Positions 9,240 through 19,280 of a stretch of 64,000 bases of DNA are shown here, piece after piece; within the stretch, counting starts at the first letter, position 1; the number at the start of each line of letters is the position of its first letter. The stretch comes from Candidatus Heimdallarchaeota archaeon (GTDB taxonomy: Archaea > Asgardarchaeota > Heimdallarchaeia > Hodarchaeales > Hodarchaeaceae). The notes beneath the pieces are model-generated. The model worked only from the letters and a program-made list of their open reading frames with translations, was not told where the DNA came from and ran no database searches. The position numbers and the translations under genes were made by a program. Where the stretch lies: the NCBI GenBank assembly GCA_020353515.1, contig CP070695.1, positions 1,335,637 through 1,399,636 on the forward strand, read 5' to 3'.

Positions 9240-11726
9240 TTAGCTCGTAATAGTTGTCATCTTTCTGTTACTCTTCCTATAAGCCCATATGAACAGAATG
9301 AAGAGTACACCAGCAACTATCATCATAATAAAGCTAAGGTCATTTTTTACTGTCGCTTCTACTAGAAGTGGAGCTAGAATTAAACTGACTAGATTGACAA
9401 CCTTAATCATAGGATTGATCGCTGGGCCTGCAGTATCTTTCAATGGGTCTCCAACCGTATCGCCAACCACTCCAGCTTTATGACGTTCAGAACCTTTGCC
9501 TGTATTCTTCTCAAGGTCTCGGGGCTCATCTTCGACAGCTTTCTTAGCATTATCCCATGCACCACCTGCATTGGCCATAAAAACTGCTAATAACTGTCCA
9601 GAGGCAATAATTCCAGCTTGAAACCCACCTAAAACTTCAACCCCTGATCCAATAGTTGCTCTTGTCGCTGGAGAAAGCCCAGTTACATCTGCTCCCGTTG
9701 TTATTAATACACCGAAGAAGATTGCCACCATGATTGGAACAGAAACGGCAATTACCGCCAAACTCACCAATTCCTTCTGTGCTGCTGATGTAGAAATAGA
9801 AACGGCTCGTTCGTAATCAGGTTTTTTAGTTCCTTCCATTACACCTGGAATTTTGAACTGTCGTCGAACTTCTTCGATAATATCCCCTGCTGCTCGACTA
9901 ACAGCTCGAATGTTAAAAGCACCGAATATCCAAGGTAGAGCTGCACCAAGTAATAAACCAACAAAAACAGCAGGAATATTAACACGTAGCCCATATTGAA
10001 GTGGATTGACAAGATCAGTATATCCAGCAGCTACTAAATTATCCACAACAACTTGGATATCTGTAACAAAAGATGCAAATAAGCTAACTGCAGCAATAAC
10101 AGCTGAAGCAATTGCAATTCCTTTTGTAATTGCCTTTGTAGTATTTCCTACAGCATCCAATTCTTCCAGTACACTTGTAGATTCTTTATCCATTGAAGTC
10201 AATTCAGCTATGCCTTGAGCGTTGTCGCTAATTGGCCCAAACGAGTCCATTGCTACATTATTGCCCGTATGAGAGAGCATTCCAATTCCAATAAGTGATA
10301 TTCCATAAAGCATGTATTGGAGAATGTCTGGTTTGCTTACATGTAAAACAGGGATTCCTATATTTAGAGATTCAAAAATCGTATTCCCAGGAAGAATAAG
10401 GAATGTCCCAACAGCGATTACAAATGAAATACAGATTGTTACAACAGCCCAAACACTAGATTCGTAACCGAGAGCTAATCCTGATAGGATAGTGGTTGCA
10501 GGACCGCCATGCATTGAATCAACTACTTCTTGGACAGGTCCTCGTTCCTTTGATGTGAATCTTGCCGTAATAGGATTGAATGATACAGCTAGCATAACTC
10601 CTGTTGCTGTAAGGAATGCTAACCTCCAATCACCTACATAGAATATCGCAAAAATGAACGATGTTATTATTGTTATTGCACTAGAAAGTTCATATGATTG
10701 AAACATGGCTTTTTCTGCATCAGGTGTCTTCCAGAGGGCAACAGCGAAGGTACCAACAATTGAGCTGATTACGCCAATTCCTCTTACAATGAGGGGGTAC
10801 ATAATCCATACGATAGCTTCAGAAAGAGATAAATCTGCATCTAGGGCTATTCCGTAAAGAAATAAACCGAGAATGAGTGATGAGACAATTGTTACCTCAT
10901 AGGACTCAAAAATATCTGCTGCCATTCCAGCACAGTCTCCAACATTGTCACCTACAAGATCAGCAATCACAGCAGCGTTTCTTGGATCATCTTCAGGTAT
11001 ATCCTTTTCGACCTTACCAACTAAATCAGCACCTACATCAGCAGCCTTAGTATAGATACCACCACCTACTCTCATGAAAAGAGCAAGAATTGTACCCCCA
11101 AATCCAAATCCAAGAAGTGCGTCAGGAGCAGCAGTTCCAAGAATTATAAAGATCAAAGTTCCTCCTAAAAGGCCAAAACCATCAGTTAGCATTCCTGTAA
11201 CAGTTCCAGCATGATAAGCGATCGAAAGTGATTTGTTATATCGTCTATCAACATCTAATAATTTTCCATTCTCATCCTTGGCTCCTTGAGCAGCTGCAGC
11301 AACCCGTAGATTGCCATGAACAGCAATTCGCATTCCAAATTGGCCAACCATCAGAGAGAAACTTGCTCCCATGAGGAAAGCTATTGTCCGTCCAATGGCC
11401 AATATTAACGTCCTTGTTGTCTCATCATATGCGGCTAATTCATAATTAGCAGCTTCGGATGTGTGTATTAAGTAAACACTCAAAAATAGCGCACCTGTTA
11501 GTAAAACTACAATCGGTAGAATGGTCTTTAATTGTTTACTAAGGTATGCATCAGCACCTTCCTTGATGGCACTCCAAACTTCTTTCATTTCCTCTGTTCC
11601 AGTGTCTTGCTTCATTACATCTTGTCGTAACAACCAAGAATAGATGAAGCTCACAATGGCTACAATGACGACACCAATGAGGATAGATTTTTCAAATAGG
11701 CCTAACTCCATGAATGTAGTAAACAT
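9240..11726 (-). CDS. hppA: Membrane-bound pyrophosphatase, probably K+-independent H+-pumping
   Basis: GGIYTKAADVGADLVGKVE, DNVGDCAG, GNTTKA (Lys variant), GGAWDNAKK, GDTVGDPLKDTAGP. Confidence 0.95.
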   Translation of the reverse strand: MFTTFMELGLFEKSILIGVVIVAIVSFIYSWLLRQDVMKQDTGTEEMKEVWSAIKEGADAYLSKQLKTILPIVVLLTGALFLSVYLIHTSEAANYELAAYDETTRTLILAIGRTIAFLMGASFSLMVGQFGMRIAVHGNLRVAAAAQGAKDENGKLLDVDRRYNKSLSIAYHAGTVTGMLTDGFGLLGGTLIFIILGTAAPDALLGFGFGGTILALFMRVGGGIYTKAADVGADLVGKVEKDIPEDDPRNAAVIADLVGDNVGDCAGMAADIFESYEVTIVSSLILGLFLYGIALDADLSLSEAIVWIMYPLIVRGIGVISSIVGTFAVALWKTPDAEKAMFQSYELSSAITIITSFIFAIFYVGDWRLAFLTATGVMLAVSFNPITARFTSKERGPVQEVVDSMHGGPATTILSGLALGYESSVWAVVTICISFVIAVGTFLILPGNTIFESLNIGIPVLHVSKPDILQYMLYGISLIGIGMLSHTGNNVAMDSFGPISDNAQGIAELTSMDKESTSVLEELDAVGNTTKAITKGIAIASAVIAAVSLFASFVTDIQVVVDNLVAAGYTDLVNPLQYGLRVNIPAVFVGLLLGAALPWIFGAFNIRAVSRAAGDIIEEVRRQFKIPGVMEGTKKPDYERAVSISTSAAQKELVSLAVIAVSVPIMVAIFFGVLITTGADVTGLSPATRATIGSGVEVLGGFQAGIIASGQLLAVFMANAGGAWDNAKKAVEDEPRDLEKNTGKGSERHKAGVVGDTVGDPLKDTAGPAINPMIKVVNLVSLILAPLLVEATVKNDLSFIMMIVAGVLFILFIWAYRKSNRKMTTITS

Positions 11727-12135
11727 GTTCCTGCAAATCCTTTATAGAAATCTATTCAAAACCAAAATTTTAACAGTAAATTGTATAAATTTTTATGTTG
11801 ATGAACTATTGGTTCCTAATAGATATCTAATCATTTTTTAAGTAAATAGTTGTTTGTGAACAGGAAGATACGTGGTGTTCTGATCAAACAACTTGATGTG
11901 AAATTCATTTTTAAAAATTTTAAATAATTTTTTCCTTCTTTTGGATTCAAAAATCTCAGACTACGCTTTTTGGAACCAATTTTAACATGTCTATATTGTA
12001 ATTGCAAATCAGACATTACTAGTACTGTAGAAGTAGTTTCAAAAGATATGTTCTTAGGAATGTTATTATTGAATTCAATTTTTTTTCTATTTAAAGATTA
12101 GAAAAAACATCTATGTTTCAAATCAAATATTTTGG

Positions 12136-12594
12136 GTGAAAATTATGACAGAAAAGACACTTTTGATGATTAAACCTGATGCTGTCCAAAGATCCTTAAT
12201 TGGCCGAATTATTTCACGAATCGAGGAGAAAGGCCTCAAGATAATCGGCCTAAAAATGGTTCAATTAACAGAACCTAGTATAGACCAACTCTATGACATT
12301 CATGTTAGTAAAAGTTTTTATCCGATCTTAAAATCCTTTATCAACTCTGGACCTGTTATTGCAGTTGCAATTCAAGGGAATAATGCTGTCAAGGTTGTAC
12401 GTAAACTGGCTGGAATAACAAACTCCCCTGACGCGGATCCAGGTACAATCCGCGGAGATTTTGGACTTGATTTAACTAAAAACATTGTTCATGCTTCTGA
12501 CGCAGTCGATCGGGCCCAATACGAATTAAATGTCTTTTTTGAAATTAATGAACTTGTGGAATATGAGCTTATTAATGAAACCTGGATAAAATAA
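12136..12594 (+). CDS. ndk: Nucleoside diphosphate kinase
   Basis: IKPDAVQR, PGTIRGDF, NIVHASD. Confidence 0.97.
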   Translation: MKIMTEKTLLMIKPDAVQRSLIGRIISRIEEKGLKIIGLKMVQLTEPSIDQLYDIHVSKSFYPILKSFINSGPVIAVAIQGNNAVKVVRKLAGITNSPDADPGTIRGDFGLDLTKNIVHASDAVDRAQYELNVFFEINELVEYELINETWIK

Positions 12595-12683
12595 ATATAT
12601 GAAACATAGAAATAATTTAAAAGTACGTTGAATATTTTTAAAAGGAGGAATTTCTTATTCAGCGACGTAATCCCTATAAAAGA

Positions 12684-13313
12684 ATGCGAATAGCAAGTAT
12701 AACCCGTTCACAGCTTATAAAAGATGATGAAGAACGTTGGAGGTTGGTCACCCCAAACGGGGAAAATATCTTTCGATTATGGATTGCAGGAATAATTACT
12801 GAGATATTTACTGGAGACAACAACTATGTGGGATTACAAGTAGAGGATGGAACAGGAGCAATAGTTGTAAAAACGTGGGATGAACGACTTGATCAATTTC
12901 AAAAATGGGATAATATCGAAGTTTTAGGTCAAATACAGATTTCTGAGAGAGATGAAAATATTGATGTCTTTATATCGCCTGATATATTTCAATCTATTTC
13001 CGATGATAACTGGTTCTTAGTACATCGTTTAAAAATCATTCAACAGCTTCAACGCGGTGCCTCGATTGAAGTCGAGTCTGCAAAGATAGGAGGTTTAGAA
13101 CTCGGTATCGCCTCTGTTGAAGATCTAAAAACTAAATTGAGGAAGGCTGTGAAAAACCTTGACAAGGGGAATGGTGTTACATATGATCAACTGGTTAAGA
13201 TATTTCCTAATGTTGATGAGATTCAGATTGATGAAGCTATAACAGAGCTTTTAGAATCAGGAGAATTTTTCGAACCGAAAGCAGGGGTATATTCTTCAGC
13301 TATTGATTCCTAA
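12684..13313 (+). CDS. RPA32/RPA2-like OB-fold plus C-terminal winged-helix protein
   Basis: OB motif VEDGTGAI; C-terminal IDEAITELLESGEFFEPKAG wH; start may be ATT at 12657. Confidence 0.75.
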   Translation: MRIASITRSQLIKDDEERWRLVTPNGENIFRLWIAGIITEIFTGDNNYVGLQVEDGTGAIVVKTWDERLDQFQKWDNIEVLGQIQISERDENIDVFISPDIFQSISDDNWFLVHRLKIIQQLQRGASIEVESAKIGGLELGIASVEDLKTKLRKAVKNLDKGNGVTYDQLVKIFPNVDEIQIDEAITELLESGEFFEPKAGVYSSAIDS

Positions 13314-13362
13314 TAGTAGAAATGTCATTAGTTGCGTTATTTTCCAACCTAGAAACAAGTCT

Positions 13363-13914
13363 TTAAGGTCTATTCCACTGAAATACATAGTATCTTATTT
13401 GTTGGTCTGATAAAACTGTTGCAATGACATACCTTTTTCTAACAGAGGTTGCTAATCGCCCAGCACGAACTAAGTGAATAGGTTCAATACGAGATGCCTT
13501 TGGAACTACTGAAATTAAAAATGGGGAATGGTCAATTCCTGGTCCGCGACGATAAACTGCAAAATCGGTTCCAAATTTCAATCCAGGTCGTACAATATAA
13601 CGTTTATTACGAAGATCCAGAAAAACTGCATAGAGATCCTCAAACTTCGGAAAACGTTTTTTACAAATATCTATAAACTTCTCTTTTGATAAAACTGATC
13701 CGTCTCCATGATGAATAACAATTTTGTCTTTTTCTTGAAGAAAGGCGGCTTCTAAGAGTGAAAGTTCTAAAGGGCGATCGAATCTTGGAGATTTTGGTTT
13801 CCTAATTCCAACTGGTTTTCCAAAATAACCCAATTGATAGATGTAACTCCCTTGTTCGGGATCCCAAATGATGACATGTTTGTCAATTATTTGAGCGGGA
13901 ATAGGAGTTTCCAT
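13363..13914 (-). CDS. endA: tRNA-intron endonuclease catalytic subunit
   Basis: LSLLEAAFL, DLRNKRYIVRPGLKFGTDFAVY, HS, RLATSVRK (Tyr-His-Lys triad). Confidence 0.95.
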   Translation of the reverse strand: METPIPAQIIDKHVIIWDPEQGSYIYQLGYFGKPVGIRKPKSPRFDRPLELSLLEAAFLQEKDKIVIHHGDGSVLSKEKFIDICKKRFPKFEDLYAVFLDLRNKRYIVRPGLKFGTDFAVYRRGPGIDHSPFLISVVPKASRIEPIHLVRAGRLATSVRKRYVIATVLSDQQIRYYVFQWNRP

Positions 13915-13944
13915 GTGATATTGCTTCCAAGGGAAAATCAGGTC

Positions 13945-14562
13945 TTATATTTGGTTATCTTTTCGTCTTTGATTCATTTTCGGAGCAATTAGTCTGGCAG
14001 CTAAGATTAAGTCAAGAATGACAAAAATAATAAGTAGCGTGATGGCAGCGTTGAAATTAGTTAATGAAAAATCTTCTGGAGGTTCTTTAACCACAATCTC
14101 AACTCGATTACTGATGGTAGTGAATTTAGTAGGATTAATTTCCGAGTCATAGTATTCAATCTGCGCCGAATAAAGGTAGTATGTGCCTAATGCTTTTGTA
14201 GTAACCAAGTAACTAAACTGACGGGTTTCATTAACCCCAATTTGACCATAAGAAAGTCCTGTCAATCCTCTTATTTCAAAAATCCATGGTTGATTAAGCT
14301 TGTCAATGAAGGTAACATTATAAGCTGTTTTGTTTCCAATGTTTTCTATAGTTACAGTGACAACAATACTATCACCAATGGCAACTTCGCTGCGATCAGA
14401 TAGCTTTGTGACAAATAATTTAGGATATGATGCTTCTTTTGCCTTTAAATCTAATATTGGCGTGTTTATGGGTTTAATTGATTGACTGAAGGTTAATAAA
14501 ACTGCATTCAAGCTTATAACTGTTAGAAGAAAGAACCAAACCCATTTTGTCTTATGGTACAT
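13945..14562 (-). CDS. TRAP-beta (SSR2)-like Ig-fold single-pass membrane protein
   Basis: Signal peptide; LFVTK...GDSIVVTVTIENIG...AYNVTFID; GTYYLYSAQIEY; C-terminal TM and short basic tail. Confidence 0.6.
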   Translation of the reverse strand: MYHKTKWVWFFLLTVISLNAVLLTFSQSIKPINTPILDLKAKEASYPKLFVTKLSDRSEVAIGDSIVVTVTIENIGNKTAYNVTFIDKLNQPWIFEIRGLTGLSYGQIGVNETRQFSYLVTTKALGTYYLYSAQIEYYDSEINPTKFTTISNRVEIVVKEPPEDFSLTNFNAAITLLIIFVILDLILAARLIAPKMNQRRKDNQI

Positions 14563-14714
14563 CAGTAAACTTCCAGCAGACTGTTAATTCACCCCTGTAA
14601 ATTGTCTTGTTAAAGATTCTTGTTTCAGTTCTCCTTTTGTCCTAGTTGCGAATGGAAATTTGTGTTCACCCACACACACAACATTCTTGTTTTATTTTTT
14701 TTCCTCACTTTTAC

Positions 14715-15668
14715 ATGTCGCTTTCCTTATTTGAAAAACGATTTTTATTCTTTGGGGGAAAAGGAGGAGTTGGAAAGACCACCATGGCAGCAGCTACCGC
14801 CATACGAGCAGCTGACCTAGGGCTCCGCACATTATTAGTTTCTACAGACCCTGCTCATTCTGTTTCAGATAGTTTAGACCAACAAATCGGAGGGGAGACC
14901 TATACTCAAGTACAAAATGTAAATAATTTATGGGCGATTGAGCTGAATACTGAAGAAGCCATGCGCACATATTCTGACATGATTAGTCACCAAGATCCAT
15001 CAGGAACTATTTCGGAATTTATTGGAGGAGATGATCCTGCTTCCTTATCACCCCCAGGAGCAGATGAAACAGTTGCTTTTATACAGCTCCTAGAGTTCAT
15101 TCAAAATCCTGAGTATGATATAGTTGTTTTCGATACCGCACCAACTGGACACACACTTAAGTTACTTCAATTACCAGAAATGACCCAAAGTTGGCTGTAT
15201 CGGTTAATTAAGATGCGCCGTCGTCTAGGAGGAATGTTGACTGGTTTTAAGACTTTATTTGGGGGTAGCTCTGGCCCAGATGAACAAGAAGCTTTTGAAA
15301 AACTCGAGGAGTTACGAGATCAAGTGGAGATCGCACGAGTCCATTTAGCTAATGCAAAAGAAACAGAATTTGTTGCTGTTACGATCCCCACAATTATGGC
15401 AATTTGGGAAACAGAACGGTTAATTCGGGCATTATTCGAAGTGGCGTTCCCAATCTCCCAGATTTATATTAATCAGGTTCAACCAGAGAATCCTGACTGT
15501 ACATATTGTAGAGCAAGATATGAAAGTCAACGGGAGAATTTAGTGAAAATTAAAGACCTGTATTCAGAATTTGATCTTGTTGAAATTCAGATGTTTGAAT
15601 ACGAAATCAGAGGCACAGAACGACTTCGTGAACTAAGTCATATATTGTACCGAGAAGAAAATAGGTGA
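14715..15668 (+). CDS. Get3/TRC40-type ArsA-family ATPase
   Basis: GGKGGVGKTT, STDPAH, DTAPTGH; single ATPase domain; C-terminal CTYC; start taken at MSLSLF. Confidence 0.9.
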   Translation: MSLSLFEKRFLFFGGKGGVGKTTMAAATAIRAADLGLRTLLVSTDPAHSVSDSLDQQIGGETYTQVQNVNNLWAIELNTEEAMRTYSDMISHQDPSGTISEFIGGDDPASLSPPGADETVAFIQLLEFIQNPEYDIVVFDTAPTGHTLKLLQLPEMTQSWLYRLIKMRRRLGGMLTGFKTLFGGSSGPDEQEAFEKLEELRDQVEIARVHLANAKETEFVAVTIPTIMAIWETERLIRALFEVAFPISQIYINQVQPENPDCTYCRARYESQRENLVKIKDLYSEFDLVEIQMFEYEIRGTERLRELSHILYREENR

Positions 15669-15687
15669 AAGGGGGAAATTTGAGAAT

Positions 15688-16287
15688 TTATTGGTCTTCT
15701 TCAGCCCAACCTTTCTTAATTCTAGCGAAAGCTTCTTTGAGTTCCATGTTCATTTGAGCTTTTAAGCTCATAGGAGAAGCTCGGGGAGCAGGGGCACCAG
15801 GTCCTGGCCCAGGTGGTTGGCCGAAGCCAGGCTGTGGAGCAGGTGGTTGGCTGAAACCAGGTTGTGGAGATACTCCAGGAAGAGGAGGAAGTCCTGATGG
15901 TACAGAAGGAGGAGCTGTTAGGGACGGTGAACTGGTTTGGGGAGCTGCTGCTGTTACTGGCGCTGGAGGCGCTGGGAGGCCCGAGGGAACTCCGTGAACA
16001 GCTGGCGTTGGAGGAGGTGTACTCTGTGATGTAGGAACTGGAGGACTAACACTTGGTGTTGAGAGCGTTGGAGGTGGGCTGGAGGCTATTCCTCCTCCTC
16101 CTCCCCTTTGAAGCTGATCTACTTTATTCGATAATTCAGTAAAACTATTCGCTAATTCATCAACGATCTCTGCGAGCTGTGAAACAAATCCAAAGAATCT
16201 TTTTGTTACTTCAATCAATGTTGTTACATTCTGGGACTCATCATCACCAAAAAAATCGTCTATGTTTTTCATGGACACTAAAAGCAC
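15688..16287 (-). CDS. Coiled-coil plus polyproline protein with C-terminal amphipathic helix and acidic Trp tail
   Basis: N-terminal heptads, ~100 aa Pro-rich linker, C-terminus MSLKAQMNMELKEAFARIKKGWAEEDQ. Confidence 0.8.
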   Translation of the reverse strand: MLLVSMKNIDDFFGDDESQNVTTLIEVTKRFFGFVSQLAEIVDELANSFTELSNKVDQLQRGGGGGIASSPPPTLSTPSVSPPVPTSQSTPPPTPAVHGVPSGLPAPPAPVTAAAPQTSSPSLTAPPSVPSGLPPLPGVSPQPGFSQPPAPQPGFGQPPGPGPGAPAPRASPMSLKAQMNMELKEAFARIKKGWAEEDQ

Positions 16288-16531
16288 CTAATAATTGAAT
16301 AAATCATATATCAAATCTTATAGGGGGAGTTTAGATTACTTGGTAAATTGATATTTTCATTCATATTTTAGGATTTTGATGTTATAAATAGTTCCGTTCA
16401 GTCTCTAAATCAAATTTATATTCTCTTCCAAATTTTAAAACCTAAAACTAATTTCGACTAATTCAATGGATAACGATTGCAATAAGAAGATTTTAAATAG
16501 AAATGAGTTGAAAAACAGAATTTTTTGTCCA

Positions 16532-17419
16532 CTACTCATCTGAGTTTTTTGAATATAATTTTCTAATATAATCAGTAATTACACAAACATCTTTTGTAGG
16601 CTTCACATCATGAGTTCTAATGATATGTGTACCATTCAATATTGCTATTGTTGTCGCTGCTAATGACCCCCATAATCTTTCCTCGGGAGTAGCGTTTAAA
16701 ATTTTTCCAATGAAGGATTTCCGAGATATTCCAACAAGAATACAGTGCCTTAGTTCACGAAGCTTGGATAATTCTTTAATCAGGCGGTAATCATCTTCTA
16801 TCTGCCTCTGAGGAACCCATCCCCCTAAACCTGGGTCTATAGTTATCCTTGATTCTTCTATACCTGCATTAACACCTAGATGAATACTTTTTTTGAGTTC
16901 ATCGATTACTTCAGTGATAAAAAAAACATCTCCAGGAGCTTGATGACAAGCCATGACTATTGCTGAAGCAGAGTGCTCATAAATAATATCTACGAGCTTG
17001 GGGTCAGATTTAAATCCTGAGATATCATTGATGATCATAGCGCCTTGAGAGAGAGCATACTCGGCTGTTTGTGCTGATTGTGTATCAACTGAGACAGGAA
17101 TTTCAGCCCCCATATCCTTGTAAATGTTAAAAAAGGAAGATAGACGTTCAATTTCAGTTAGTGTGGAGATAAATTCTCTCTTGTCGTACAAGAAGGTTGG
17201 TGCGCTGGATATAGCGCCCACATCTATAAAATCCGCGCCTGTATCAATTACTCTTTCAATATGGGATTGAATCTCTTCTTCAGACTTTTTGACGCTCCCC
17301 TTAAAAAACGAAGTAGGTGAAAGATTCATAACAGCCATGATACGGGTTCCAACATTATCACCAACTTCAATTGAACCTAATTTACCCACAATTCGCATAT
17401 TATTAACCCACAATTTCAC
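16532..17419 (-). CDS. folP: Dihydropteroate synthase
   Basis: MAVMNLSPTSF, DFIDVGA, VSVDT, INDISG, DPGLG, GISRKSFIG, RTHDV. Confidence 0.92.
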   Translation of the reverse strand: MKLWVNNMRIVGKLGSIEVGDNVGTRIMAVMNLSPTSFFKGSVKKSEEEIQSHIERVIDTGADFIDVGAISSAPTFLYDKREFISTLTEIERLSSFFNIYKDMGAEIPVSVDTQSAQTAEYALSQGAMIINDISGFKSDPKLVDIIYEHSASAIVMACHQAPGDVFFITEVIDELKKSIHLGVNAGIEESRITIDPGLGGWVPQRQIEDDYRLIKELSKLRELRHCILVGISRKSFIGKILNATPEERLWGSLAATTIAILNGTHIIRTHDVKPTKDVCVITDYIRKLYSKNSDE

Positions 17420-17420
17420 A

Positions 17421-18260
17421 TTATTTTTGTCCTTGTTGACCCATTTTAGATTTCCGATTGTGCCAAAGCGGTCCTATATATATACAGAGTTGTGGGGAAA
17501 TTTTCATCAGGTCATTACTTTCTTTGATCGCTTCAGGTTCTTCAAAAGTAATTTCTTCACATCCTCGTGCTATCACAATTGGAACTCGTTGGTCTGTTTC
17601 CCCCATTAGAATCTCTGCGCCACAAACGAGATTATCCGCGATTGCCCGTGTAGTGATATGCATCGGACGGCCATATAGATCTAAGGTACCAATATCATCG
17701 ATTAAAGGTCTAAATCCAGATACTGCAAGAGCAAAACCAGATGTTCCTCGTCTTAAGGGGTGGGTCTTTGAATCAGCAATGATAACACCAATTTGCTTAG
17801 CAGTTCTCCTAGTAATATCTCTACGTACTTTTTCCGCAGTCTTAATAGGATCTCTTGGTAATACAATCAGGAAATCCTCTCCTCCTGCATTACTTTGATC
17901 AACACCAGCATTAGCCTGGAGAATGTTGTCTCGTAGAGTAAGAACAGCACCTGGTACAGCGCCAAGAACTTCATCAGCTTCTTGGAAAATAATTTCAACA
18001 AATCGTGGATCGAGTCCTGCTATTTCGGCAGTTTCTTTTGCTTCTTGTCGAATGTGAGGAATATTATCAAAAGAAATTTGACACCTTTCAATGATTGAAA
18101 CAACTTTGCTTGCTATGATAATGATGTCTTTATCTAGTAATTTGATCTCATTAGAATTCAGAGCCTCAAGTATGATATCAACGATGTTTTTATCTGCTGC
18201 ATTGATAAGTGGGGTTTTTACTCCATGGAATTCGATTTTCATGCCATTCAATTCCAACAT
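17421..18260 (-). CDS. cofE: CofE-family glutamate ligase (F420-0:L-glutamate ligase-like)
   Basis: IIASKVVS, ANAGVDQSN, VIIADS, DLYGRPM, ADNL...AEILMGE. Confidence 0.85.
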   Translation of the reverse strand: MLELNGMKIEFHGVKTPLINAADKNIVDIILEALNSNEIKLLDKDIIIIASKVVSIIERCQISFDNIPHIRQEAKETAEIAGLDPRFVEIIFQEADEVLGAVPGAVLTLRDNILQANAGVDQSNAGGEDFLIVLPRDPIKTAEKVRRDITRRTAKQIGVIIADSKTHPLRRGTSGFALAVSGFRPLIDDIGTLDLYGRPMHITTRAIADNLVCGAEILMGETDQRVPIVIARGCEEITFEEPEAIKESNDLMKISPQLCIYIGPLWHNRKSKMGQQGQK

Positions 18261-18502
18261 CTGTCGTTTAGGATAATTTCTAATTCTTTTTTTCGATTTG
18301 ATATACTTGACTTAGGAAGCAGAACAGGCAATCTTTTAAGTTTAGGTTTGATGTGTTTCAAACAATCAAAATTCGGAACTTCGGAATTAGAAATTTCCTA
18401 CAACTTTTAAACACGAATTATCAAACGAATGTTAATACTATTTAGTCAAATGAAAAAAACTCAACACGTTCAAATCAAATTTATATCAAGGAGAAATCGA
18501 AA

Positions 18503-19258
18503 GTGGTAATGGAAGATCGAGCAAAATTTGGCATTCCTTTGCTGGATGACGCTTTAGGTGGTGGCGTGCCTCGTGGATCTGTCATATTAGTCGAAGATGA
18601 AGTAGGTATCAACACTGAACATATCTTAGTTCAATTTCTATCTGAGGGTTTAAGAACTGGTGAATATGGTTATGTTTTGTCAACTGAACATCTTTTTTCA
18701 CATTATTCTCCACTGTTTGTTCCTTATAACATCTCAGAAGTAACTTTTGAAACTAAACGATTAGTTTTTTTGGATGCTTTTACTAATCCTTTCGGATACG
18801 CGGAAGGAAGACCTGGTGCAACAGGAGAAAATGTCATCCGAGATATTACTCAACCACGTCTTGTAACAGATCAGATCCGCCGTTCATTACTACACGTTCG
18901 CTCCCAACCGATTCGAGGTGTTCTTGACTCTTTAACCACTATTTTGTTGGTTTCTGACACATTAAAAGCACCCATGGCTTTCTTACAACATAAAATTGCT
19001 ACTGATAAAGAAATGGGAGTAGTCAGTATCCTAACCTTACATCGTGATGTTCATAAGGCAAGAATAATTCAAGCAGTTGAACATTATTGTGATGGAGTTA
19101 TTAGGTTAGAAAAAAGGGCACTAGATGAGAAGGAGGCAGCTCAAGATGAAATTCTGCAGATTTTAAAAGTTCCAGGAATGTCTCTAGCAGAATTGGAAAA
19201 TACTGAATTCATTTTCCACCCCACACCCGGTCATATCGAATTGACCCCCTCAAAATAA
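18503..19258 (+). CDS. KaiC/RAD55-like RecA-fold protein with degenerate Walker A
   Basis: FGIPLLDDALGGGVPRGSVIL; Walker A replaced by EDEVGINTE; LDSL; EHYCDGVIRL. Confidence 0.8.
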   Translation: MVMEDRAKFGIPLLDDALGGGVPRGSVILVEDEVGINTEHILVQFLSEGLRTGEYGYVLSTEHLFSHYSPLFVPYNISEVTFETKRLVFLDAFTNPFGYAEGRPGATGENVIRDITQPRLVTDQIRRSLLHVRSQPIRGVLDSLTTILLVSDTLKAPMAFLQHKIATDKEMGVVSILTLHRDVHKARIIQAVEHYCDGVIRLEKRALDEKEAAQDEILQILKVPGMSLAELENTEFIFHPTPGHIELTPSK

Positions 19259-19280
19259 ACTAATTTTTGAAAGGGATTTC

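Noticed and set aside
14646-15668. Arsenic-resistance ArsA
   Set aside because: Single domain, no ars operon context, Get3-type CxxC and insert
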